The notes below the pieces were generated by a model. That model saw nothing but the letters and a program-made list of their open reading frames with translations. It did not search any database and was not told the origin of the DNA. Shown here piece by piece: positions 18,444-26,640 of a DNA stretch of 64,000 nt (position 1 is its first letter; the number at the start of each line of letters is the position of its first letter). Made by a program: the position numbers and the translations under genes. Origin of the DNA: Bacteroidales bacterium UBA5326 (GTDB lineage: Bacteria > Bacteroidota > Bacteroidia > Bacteroidales > UBA932); NCBI GenBank assembly GCA_002408205.1, contig DHQY01000003.1, positions 132 through 64,131 on the forward strand. The letters are read 5' to 3'.

Positions 18444-18925
18444 CAGACAGGCAGGTACCCCGGGAAGCCCGTTTGCTCTCTATGATGCAGAGCCAGTGCA
18501 GCCGGCAGGAATTATGTCGCAATGATATTCGTCGCAGACTGGAAAAGAGGGGCGCTGAACCGGCAGTAATCGAAAGGATTATTGGACAGTTATGTGAAGA
18601 CCGTTTTCTGGATGAAGAACGGTATGCGGGAGCTTATATCAGAGATAAAATCCGGTTTCAGGGCTGGGGGCCCGCCAAAGTATCCGGAATGCTCAGAATC
18701 AAGGGAATACCGGATGATGTTATTCAGGAGGCTCTGTCCGTGACCGATCAAACGCTGTTCGAAGAAAACCTTAAAGATGCGCTGCTCAGGAAAAATAAAA
18801 CAATCAAAGAGGCTGATTCCCGGAAGCGCTACGCAAAACTCGTCCGGTTCGGTCTGGGAAAAGGTTATGGTTATCTGCAAATAGCCAGGTGTTTGACTCT
18901 TTTAAAAATATTCATGCCGGAATGA
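18440..18925 (+). CDS. recX: Recombination regulator RecX
   Basis: 161 aa. RecX-like helical repeats (..RRLEKRG....ERII..L.E..FLDEERYA..YIRDK). ATGA overlap with rlmN. Confidence 0.8.
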   Translation: MTDRQVPREARLLSMMQSQCSRQELCRNDIRRRLEKRGAEPAVIERIIGQLCEDRFLDEERYAGAYIRDKIRFQGWGPAKVSGMLRIKGIPDDVIQEALSVTDQTLFEENLKDALLRKNKTIKEADSRKRYAKLVRFGLGKGYGYLQIARCLTLLKIFMPE

Positions 18926-18954
18926 ATTATTTTTTGCTGAATAGAAATTCTTGT

Positions 18955-18962
18955 TATCTTTG
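18955..18962 (+). promoter_or_regulatory. TAnnTTTG -7 box (TATCTTTG), with TTTG at 18933-18936, for the small ORF
   Basis: Consensus -7 box 48 nt upstream of the ATG at 19011. A -33-like TTTG lies 18 nt upstream of the box. Confidence 0.5.
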
Positions 18963-19010
18963 TGTTTCATAAAAGAGGCCATTTAATTTATTAACTTAAA
19001 TATTTTTGTT

Positions 19011-19175
19011 ATGTTTATCACTCTTTCAACAATCGTTTCCGCTTGGTTGGAATCAATTATTACCTATTTTTGGGGAACAAGCGCTTGGGATACTCTCGAA
19101 GCATGGTGGCTTACCATTGTAGAAGTGCTTCAGAACATCTTCACATTCAGCTTTAGCGGTCCTACCCCTGTTTAG
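19011..19175 (+). CDS. Unannotated small hydrophobic Trp-rich protein (54 aa)
   Basis: ATG..TAG ORF read by hand: MFITLSTIVSAWLESIITYFWGTSAWDTLEAWWLTIVEVLQNIFTFSFSGPTPV. It has two hydrophobic or amphipathic helices and 6 Trp, and is bracketed by its own promoter box and terminator. Confidence 0.5.
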   Translation: MFITLSTIVSAWLESIITYFWGTSAWDTLEAWWLTIVEVLQNIFTFSFSGPTPV

Positions 19176-19212
19176 TATTTTATAAGCACCTGATCAGTGC
19201 CTGAATCATGAG

Positions 19213-19240
19213 GCTGTCTCGTACGAAGGCAGCTTCTTTT
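19213..19240 (+). terminator. Rho-independent terminator after the small ORF
   Basis: Stem GCTGTCTCG / CGA(A)GGCAGC (9 bp with 1 bulge), 2-nt loop, then TTCTTTTGTTT. Confidence 0.65.
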
Positions 19241-19244
19241 GTTT

Positions 19245-19799
19245 ATGGCGGTTCATATAATAGATGATATTCCTTTCACCCTCATCCGGTGCGCCAGACG
19301 TTCGGTAGGACTTTCGGTCCGTCCGGACGGAAGTGTACATGTCCGGGCTCCTTTATGGCTACCGGAGCGTACAATATACAAAATGATGAAAGAACGTATT
19401 CCATGGATCAGGGCAAGGCGGCAGGCGGCAGGAAAACAGATAATGATTCCGCCGGATGGTCCTGAATTAAAGAAATTAAAAATTGCGGCCCGGGAGCGAT
19501 TTATGTCTTTGGCTGCACCATGGATTGAAAGATTCGAAATCCGCTATGGAGTGTCTCCTCTCCGGTGGACCCTGAGGGATATGAATTCGAGATGGGGCAG
19601 TTGTTCCATGACCACGCGCAGAATCACGCTTAATCTTAAATTATTCCACAAACCCGATGAATGCGTGGAATATGTAATTGTACACGAGTTATGTCACTTA
19701 TTGTATCCCAATCACGGAAAGAAATTTTATGAACTTTTATCTTCGGAACTGCCCGACTGGAAATTAAAAAAGAAATTGCTGAACAATAAAATTATATAG
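19245..19799 (+). CDS. YgjP-like (DUF45) zinc metallopeptidase-fold protein
   Basis: Motifs NSRWGSCS and HEXXH (VHELCHLLYPNH). The ORF track start at 19239 is a TTG; the first ATG is at 19245. Confidence 0.8.
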   Translation: MAVHIIDDIPFTLIRCARRSVGLSVRPDGSVHVRAPLWLPERTIYKMMKERIPWIRARRQAAGKQIMIPPDGPELKKLKIAARERFMSLAAPWIERFEIRYGVSPLRWTLRDMNSRWGSCSMTTRRITLNLKLFHKPDECVEYVIVHELCHLLYPNHGKKFYELLSSELPDWKLKKKLLNNKII

Positions 19800-19801
19800 C
19801 C

Positions 19802-20885
19802 ATGTATTCACCCGATAATTATAAAAACCTGTTGCAACGCGGGCAACGGTTGAGGAGGTTTCTTTGACGTTGAAGCCAAAGAAATCCGCCTGGAGAGTCT
19901 GAGCCGGGAAATAGAAGCCCCGGGGTTCTGGAATAATCCCAAAACAGCGGAGCAAAGTCTTAAAATACAGGCTTCGCTTAAAGCTTCTGTTGATAAGTAT
20001 TACCGGATAAAATCAAATCTGGAAGACCTTCAGGTTCTTGCAGACCTTGAGGCGCCACAGGAAGAACTGAATGAGATGTACGACAATGTTGCCCGGCTAA
20101 TAGAGGACGAAGAGCTTAAAAGTATGCTTAGTGCCGAGGGAGATAACATGGGCGCCCTGTTAAAGATTAATTCGGGCGCCGGTGGTACCGAGAGCAACGA
20201 TTGGTCGGCCATGCTCATGCGAATGTACATAAGATGGGGGGAGCGGAACGGGTACAAGGTGCGTGTTCATGATATGCTGGACGGAGAGGAAGCCGGAATA
20301 AAATCCTGTACCATTGAATTCGAAGGATCGTATGCCTACGGTTATCTTAAAGCAGAAAACGGGGTGCATCGGCTGGTTAGGATATCTCCTTTTAATGCCC
20401 AGGGAAAACGGCAGACCACTTTCTCGTCTGTTTTTGTCTATCCGGCTGTTGATGACTCTATTGAAATTGAAATCAATCCTGCCGATCTGGAGTGGGATAC
20501 ATACCGTTCCAGCGGTGCAGGCGGTCAGAATGTCAATAAAGTAGAGACGGGGGTACGGGTACGCCATATTCCAACGGGAATCGTAGTGGAGAACACCGAG
20601 ACCCGGAGCCAGTTCGATAACCGTCAGAATGCCTTACGCATTTTGAAATCTCATCTTTATGAACTGGAGCTTGAAAAACGCAGAGAAAAAGAAGCCGAGC
20701 TGGAAGGTCAGAAAAAGAAAATTGAGTGGGGCTCCCAGATCCGGTCCTATACATTACATCCTTACAAAATGGTCAAAGATCACCGCACAGGGTATGAAAT
20801 GACCGATACCCAGGCTGTTTTGGACGGAGACATTAACGGATTTATCCATACATTCCTTCTTGGAGGGTCCGCCGATGGCGCTTAA
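19802..20885 (+). CDS. prfB: Peptide chain release factor 2, requires programmed +1 frameshift (join 19802..19864, 19866..20885)
   Basis: Frame 0 gives MYSPDNYKNLLQRGQRLRRFL, then an in-frame TGA at 19865-19867. The +1 frame continues DVEAKEIRLESL... into the 269-aa ORF, which carries SPF (RISPFNAQ) and GGQ (SGAGGQNVNK) motifs. Confidence 0.93.
19853..19868 (+). promoter_or_regulatory. prfB +1 frameshift cassette: SD-like AGGAGG, 3-nt spacer, CTT TGA C
   Basis: AGGAGG TTT CTT TGA C has the same architecture as the E. coli prfB site (AGGGGG TAT CTT TGA C). Confidence 0.9.
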
Positions 20886-23800
20886 GGTGTATAAAGCTTC
20901 TGCCGGTACGGGAAAAACGTACAGACTGGCGCTCACCTACCTTAAATTATTGCTGGGTGATGCCCGCTCTTTCGATCCCAATGCGTTTTCACGTATCCTG
21001 GCGGTAACATTCACCAATAAAGCGACCGAAGAAATGAAAACCAGGATCCTCGAAACGCTCAGGGCTCTTGCACTGGGCCGGGCCATTCCAATGGCAGATG
21101 ATCTTGTAAGTGAAACCGGCCTGTCTGTTGAAACAATAACCGAACGTGCACAGATTATTCACGAGCGAATCCTGCACCGGTATGCTTTTTTTTCTGTGTC
21201 TACGCTCGATGCATTTTTCCAACGTATACTGCATGCTTTTGAGCTCGAAGCCGGGCTGTCGCCCGGTTATTCAGTGGATCTGGACACACCCCTGCTGATT
21301 GAGAAAACTGCCGCTCAGGTTACCGATGAAGTCCTTGAAGATGAATCGTTGCGTGATTGGCTGAGCCGTTTGATCCGCGAAAAAGTCAACAGCTCGGAAA
21401 AATGGGACGTTAACAAAATATTGCAGGATGTAGGTTATGAAGTCGTAAGGGAATCTTTCCGTTCTTTTGGTAGTTCTTTTGCCGATAAATTATCGGATAA
21501 ATCTTTTTTAAAACAATTTTTAGACGATCTGCAAAATATCACGGGTTCTTTCAGAAAAACGATGGCCTCGTATGGAGAACAGGCTCTTACGATCATTCAT
21601 AAACATGGCTTCACGCCCGATGATTTTCCTTATAAAACATCTTCTTTTGCGCAGTATTTCAAGAAAATATCTCAACCTTCTCCGGCTGCAGATTTGTACA
21701 TACCCGGATCCCGTGTGCTGGACGCTCGCGACGGGGTTGATAATATGTGGAAAGGGAAGTCCTCTCCTCCGGGAATAGATCGTCTGCAGGATGAATTAAT
21801 GCCTGTTCTCATAGCATGTACCGGTCATTTTCAGGATCATTTTCCTGCCTATGCGACAGCTGTTTCTGTACTCGAACAACTGCCCAAAATGGGTCTTCTT
21901 GCTGATGTAAGCCGCACTATGAGACGCATTCAGGCGGAAGAGAACAAACTGAATATAGGAGATTCAACCTATCTGCTCAGCCAATTGGTAGGTGACGGCA
22001 ATGCTCCCTTCATATACGAAAAAATGGGGGCGTTCTTCTCTTCATTCCTGCTGGATGAATTTCAGGATACATCTTATTTACAGTGGAAAAATATCCGTCC
22101 TTTGCTTTTGGAAGGTCTTGCACAGGGAGACGACTCCCTGATAGTGGGAGATGTAAAGCAATCTATTTACCGCTGGAGAAACAGCGACTGGAGGATATTG
22201 GGAGAAGAGGTCGTCCGGGATTCTGCCCTTCAGATCCAGGGCATTGAGTGTAATACATTACGTATAAACTGGAGAAGCCGCACTGCAATTGTAGGTTTTG
22301 TCAATATACTTATAGACGGGCTCAGGGAATCCCTGACCGGGGAGATTAAAAAGAGGCTCTTGGAGTATACTGCGCTTGACCAAACGCAGAAAGAGTACCT
22401 CCAAACGTTATTGGAAAGGGCTTATGAATCGCACCGGGAGGATTGTTCGCCGGCAACGTCAGATCTTAGTCCCGGCTATGTCCGGACTGAGTCTTTCTAT
22501 GATAACGATCAGGAATCATCCTACCAGCAGTCGCTTGACGCCCTGCAGAAGTTGCTGGCTTCCCTGCAGGACAGGGGCTATTCTTTACAGGATATCATCC
22601 TGCTTGTAAGAACAAAAAAAGACGGACAAATCCTGATGGATCATTTTTTGAGGTATAGACGGGAAAATCCGGGAGATACGCATTGTTACGACTTTATTTC
22701 TGCTGATTCCCTGCGTCTGGACGCATCACCCTATGTTCGTCTGAGCGTTGCCCTGCTTAGAAAAGCACTCTATCCCGGTGACGACTGCAATACAGAGGTG
22801 GTACGTCAGCTGGAACGACAGCTCGGCGGCGCAAAAGTGTCTGACGATGAAGCCTTTACCCGGACAATGCGCACCATGCCTGTTTCAGATGCTTTTGAGG
22901 CCATTGTGCGCCGGATGGGCTGGATGGAATGTATTCAGGCACTCCCTTATCTGCAGGAATTACACGATGTGTTACTGGCTTTTTCAGACAAAGAGAGTGG
23001 TGGCTTGTATGCATTCCTAAGATGGTGGGAAAACAAGGGTCACGATACCATGCTGACCTCTGAATTTCCTGGTGCTGCCATCCGAATACTTACCATTCAC
23101 AAAGCCAAGGGACTTGAGGCTCCGGTCGTAATCGTTCCATTCTGTAACTGGAAGCTCGACACCCGTGCAGGTAACTATATTTTGTGGGCGGGCACAGAAC
23201 AGGCTCCATTCAATCGGTTGGAAAAACTCCCTGTAACATACAAAGACAATTTATTGCAAACGTATTTTGCCGGTGACTATTTTACGGAATATGCCCAGCG
23301 TCTGCTCGATGCGCTCAATATGCTATATGTGGCCATTACCAGACCCGCCGATGAATTGTATCTGTTCCTGGTGCAACAGAAAAAATCGACAAAAGAGATA
23401 GCGGGCCATATAGAAGATGTGCTGGGAGATCGGCGTGAATTCGGGGAACCGCTGTCCGCTAAGGATATTAGACAACGGCATAATAATAAATCATCCCTGA
23501 CTGCGAACAACGTTTACAGCTTAAAGGTATATCCTTCTGGTGATTTCAACGAGTCGCTCAAGCTGGCCTACAGGGAGGATGAATTTGATTTTTCCCAAGA
23601 CAGCTCCATGCGCCAGTGGGGTATTATTCTGCATAAGGCTTTATCGCGTATGACAGTGCAGGAAGATGCTCCGCGTGTGCTGGAAGAACTTGTCGCAGAA
23701 GGCGAACTCTCCGGCAACGTACAGACGGTGCAACAATATGCTGAGGCTATTGCCCGGGCTTTATCCAATTCTCCGGCCCGGGAATGGTTTGACGGATCGT

Positions 23801-24012
23801 GGACGGTGAGGAATGAAATAGCGATTCTCGGACCAAAGGGACAATTACGTCCAGACCGAATACTTGAAAAAAATGGGCGGATGGTGGTAATCGATTATAA
23901 ATTCGGGAAACCCCATCCATCACATCAACGCCAGATCAATTCGTACGTTGCCGCTCTGCGGCGAATGGGCTTTCAGGATGTACAAGGGCATCTGTGGTAT
24001 ATTACCCTTTAG
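20875..24012 (+). CDS. AddA/RecB-like UvrD-family helicase with C-terminal PD-(D/E)xK nuclease
   Basis: Walker A KASAGTGKTY, Walker B/DExx-like LLDEFQDTS, C-terminal nuclease motif RPDRIL..VVIDYKFGK. The first ATG is at 20875 and overlaps the prfB stop by 11 nt. Confidence 0.85.
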   Translation: MALKVYKASAGTGKTYRLALTYLKLLLGDARSFDPNAFSRILAVTFTNKATEEMKTRILETLRALALGRAIPMADDLVSETGLSVETITERAQIIHERILHRYAFFSVSTLDAFFQRILHAFELEAGLSPGYSVDLDTPLLIEKTAAQVTDEVLEDESLRDWLSRLIREKVNSSEKWDVNKILQDVGYEVVRESFRSFGSSFADKLSDKSFLKQFLDDLQNITGSFRKTMASYGEQALTIIHKHGFTPDDFPYKTSSFAQYFKKISQPSPAADLYIPGSRVLDARDGVDNMWKGKSSPPGIDRLQDELMPVLIACTGHFQDHFPAYATAVSVLEQLPKMGLLADVSRTMRRIQAEENKLNIGDSTYLLSQLVGDGNAPFIYEKMGAFFSSFLLDEFQDTSYLQWKNIRPLLLEGLAQGDDSLIVGDVKQSIYRWRNSDWRILGEEVVRDSALQIQGIECNTLRINWRSRTAIVGFVNILIDGLRESLTGEIKKRLLEYTALDQTQKEYLQTLLERAYESHREDCSPATSDLSPGYVRTESFYDNDQESSYQQSLDALQKLLASLQDRGYSLQDIILLVRTKKDGQILMDHFLRYRRENPGDTHCYDFISADSLRLDASPYVRLSVALLRKALYPGDDCNTEVVRQLERQLGGAKVSDDEAFTRTMRTMPVSDAFEAIVRRMGWMECIQALPYLQELHDVLLAFSDKESGGLYAFLRWWENKGHDTMLTSEFPGAAIRILTIHKAKGLEAPVVIVPFCNWKLDTRAGNYILWAGTEQAPFNRLEKLPVTYKDNLLQTYFAGDYFTEYAQRLLDALNMLYVAITRPADELYLFLVQQKKSTKEIAGHIEDVLGDRREFGEPLSAKDIRQRHNNKSSLTANNVYSLKVYPSGDFNESLKLAYREDEFDFSQDSSMRQWGIILHKALSRMTVQEDAPRVLEELVAEGELSGNVQTVQQYAEAIARALSNSPAREWFDGSWTVRNEIAILGPKGQLRPDRILEKNGRMVVIDYKFGKPHPSHQRQINSYVAALRRMGFQDVQGHLWYITL

Positions 24013-25651
24013 CCTGCAATATGTTACCTGCCAGAACACCGGTATGTTGTCCCTCAGATATGGTATGTACCCCGTTTACCCAAACATGATGAATTCCACG
24101 GGCAAACCGGTGGGGCTGATCAAAGGTCGCCGTGTCAATGATTGTGTCCGGGTCGAAAACGACCAGATCGGCTGCGTACCCGGGTATCAAAAGGCCTCTG
24201 TTTTTAAGTCCGAGACGGGACGCCGGAAGGGACGTTATCTTTCGAACAGCCTGTGAGAGATCCATCATTTTTTCTTCCCGGCAATATTTCCCGAGGAAAC
24301 GCGGAAACGTCCCGTAGGATCTGGGATGTGGTATGGTGGCAGACAAAGGCCCCCGGGGGGAGTAGACGCTTCCGTCCGAAGCCGGCATACCCAGGGGATG
24401 AGATAAAAACATTTTAACATTGTCTTCGGACATGGCAAAGGCAATAATATCGGTCCGCAAACGCTCTTCTACCAACAAATTACGGATAAATTCCCATAGG
24501 GAAACGCCTTTGACGGAGGCACACTGCTCCAGAGTCTTTCCCATACAGGTTTCTTTATTGGAAGGGAGTACGCAGGCGGAAATGATCACATTGCCCGGAC
24601 CGCCCAGTCTCTCAATACGCGAATTAGCATATTTTCCCAACTCTGTGGCTTTGGCCGGGTCAGTCAGACGGGCTATTACGTCGTCGGCGGATCCTTGTCT
24701 TTCAGACAGGGGCAGGAAACTGGAAAGGCCCGTTGAGAAAGCAATATAGGGATATCTGTCAAAAGCCACATCCAGGCCATCCCTTTGTGCCTGCTCAATT
24801 ATCCCGAGCATGGCCGGCCCTTTATGCCAGTTGGCGGGATTTTGTGCTTTCAGGTGAGATATCTGCAGCCGCACTCCGGCCTGTTTTGCCATATCAACGG
24901 TCTCGGTAATGGCTTCTTCCACACGATCGTCTTCGTTTCTCATATGGATGGCAAACAATCCGTCATGTACCGCAACCACCTTCAAAAGTTCTACCAGTTC
25001 CCGGTTACTCGCATACGCTCCCGGAGCATACTCCAGCCCGCATGAAAGCCCTATGCTTCCCATTGATAGCTGACGGTCCAGCAGCCGTTTCATATCCCGA
25101 ATCTGTTCATCGGTAGCCGGAGCAGCCCAATTGCCTATTACTGCCGAACGCAGTGAGCCCTGACCGGTAAATGAACAATAATTAATACCTGTTTTGCTTT
25201 TGTTAAGCGCTCCAAAGAATTGATCTGCATTTTCATACGGTCCTGCCGGAAATGGTGAATCACCGCAATTGCCGCCTGCCTCGGTTGTGATGCCCTGGAA
25301 AATGCGACTGTCTCCCTGCGGACAGGTCAGCAGGTTGGTATCTGTATGAGAATGAAGGTCAATAAAACCGGGACTTACGGCAAGCCCGTGGACATCTATG
25401 AGCCTGTCTGCACTGTCGCCCAAAGATCCAAGAGCGCTAATCCTGCCATCCCGGATTCCGATGTCGGCTGTAAAAGGTTGAGTTCCTTCTCCGGAATAGA
25501 CCAGTCCGTTCCTGATAATTGTATCGAAGCGTTGTGAAATATATAATATAGAAGATCTTCCGGCGAGTGTGCCGGAGGTTCCAAGCATTAGGCCTGATCC
25601 CAACAGGGCTCCCCTGCGGAGAAATTCTCTACGGGAAATACTGGATTTCAT
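24002..25651 (-). CDS. Tat-exported N-acyl-D-amino-acid deacylase (D-aminoacylase) family amidohydrolase
   Basis: Twin-arginine signal SRREFLRRGALLGSG, metal-binding DLHSHTD, D-aminoacylase-like length (549 aa). Confidence 0.82.
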   Translation of the reverse strand: MKSSISRREFLRRGALLGSGLMLGTSGTLAGRSSILYISQRFDTIIRNGLVYSGEGTQPFTADIGIRDGRISALGSLGDSADRLIDVHGLAVSPGFIDLHSHTDTNLLTCPQGDSRIFQGITTEAGGNCGDSPFPAGPYENADQFFGALNKSKTGINYCSFTGQGSLRSAVIGNWAAPATDEQIRDMKRLLDRQLSMGSIGLSCGLEYAPGAYASNRELVELLKVVAVHDGLFAIHMRNEDDRVEEAITETVDMAKQAGVRLQISHLKAQNPANWHKGPAMLGIIEQAQRDGLDVAFDRYPYIAFSTGLSSFLPLSERQGSADDVIARLTDPAKATELGKYANSRIERLGGPGNVIISACVLPSNKETCMGKTLEQCASVKGVSLWEFIRNLLVEERLRTDIIAFAMSEDNVKMFLSHPLGMPASDGSVYSPRGPLSATIPHPRSYGTFPRFLGKYCREEKMMDLSQAVRKITSLPASRLGLKNRGLLIPGYAADLVVFDPDTIIDTATFDQPHRFARGIHHVWVNGVHTISEGQHTGVLAGNILQAKG

Positions 25652-26633
25652 TACGGGGCAAAATGTTTTTAGTGGAAAATGTTTTGACTTCGTTTGCTTC
25701 TGAATAAAACAATAAAGCCTGGATCCCGGGGTTTTCGGACAGGTATTGCATGCTTTTATCCATACCCATGGTCAGAAAAGCATTACTGAGCACAGAAGCG
25801 GTAAGGCAATCGTCCATAATCACAAGAGCACAAAGTAACCGGTCGTCAAAAGGATAACCTGTCCGGGGATCAATAACATCCCGGAGTAATTTTTTTGTAG
25901 GATCTTTGTAATTAAAAAAATTACCCGATACAGACAAGGCTTTATCTGTAAGGTAGATGACATCTTGAGAGGCGTTGTCAATAATAATTCGCCAGGGAGT
26001 CCCGGACGGGTTAACCCCTCTGCAGACGGCCTCTTTTCCAATTTCTATCAGGAAGTTTTCTATCTGGAATTCGTTTAGCATTTTACTCATCATATCTGCT
26101 GCGTATCCCTTGGCGACCGGATTCAGATTAAGCTGAGCTCTCGGATCTGATTTGCTTATTCTGTCCCCAATGACACATATATTGTCCAGCCCGGAATAAT
26201 GTAATATTTCTTCAACATCCTGCGCCGTAACCTTGTCTGCATTGCCCATATTGTTTCCCCAGAGTTTTCGTAAAGGATCTATGGTGATATTTAACGGACT
26301 GCCTGTCTTTTGGGCGTATTCAACGGCCGTGTTCAAAACGGTAAGAAACATGGAATCCACTGTAAAATTACGATTATTGTTCACGGCGTTGATTGCAGAC
26401 CTGGTGTTATAAAGCGACATGGATTCGTCAATTTTTTTGGCCAGCCTTTCAGCAGAACGGCGGATATCCGCTTCGAATGTCCAGGGGACCACTTCGGGTG
26501 CCTGGTAAACGATCTGGTAAGAATAGCCGAGTACAATGCCTTTAACGGTTTTGTATTTTCCCGAGATGCTGCAGCTTACCAAAACAGTAAGAAAAGATAC
26601 GGTAATGATGAAAAACAGAAGGTATTTTTTCAT
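25629..26633 (-). CDS. apbE: FAD:protein FMN transferase ApbE (lipoprotein), copy 1
   Basis: 334 aa, lipobox LVSCS, ApbE family features (..GT.Y.I....; AKGYAADM; GNFFNY..). Confidence 0.85.
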   Translation of the reverse strand: MKKYLLFFIITVSFLTVLVSCSISGKYKTVKGIVLGYSYQIVYQAPEVVPWTFEADIRRSAERLAKKIDESMSLYNTRSAINAVNNNRNFTVDSMFLTVLNTAVEYAQKTGSPLNITIDPLRKLWGNNMGNADKVTAQDVEEILHYSGLDNICVIGDRISKSDPRAQLNLNPVAKGYAADMMSKMLNEFQIENFLIEIGKEAVCRGVNPSGTPWRIIIDNASQDVIYLTDKALSVSGNFFNYKDPTKKLLRDVIDPRTGYPFDDRLLCALVIMDDCLTASVLSNAFLTMGMDKSMQYLSENPGIQALLFYSEANEVKTFSTKNILPRNEIQYFP

Positions 26634-26640
26634 GGTTTTT

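Noticed and set aside
19011-19175. Idea that the Trp-rich small ORF is a trp-type leader peptide attenuating the downstream genes.
   Set aside because: The Trp codons are dispersed over 54 codons with only one tandem pair. The downstream genes (DUF45, prfB, addA) have nothing to do with Trp metabolism. It is better treated as a small protein gene with its own terminator.
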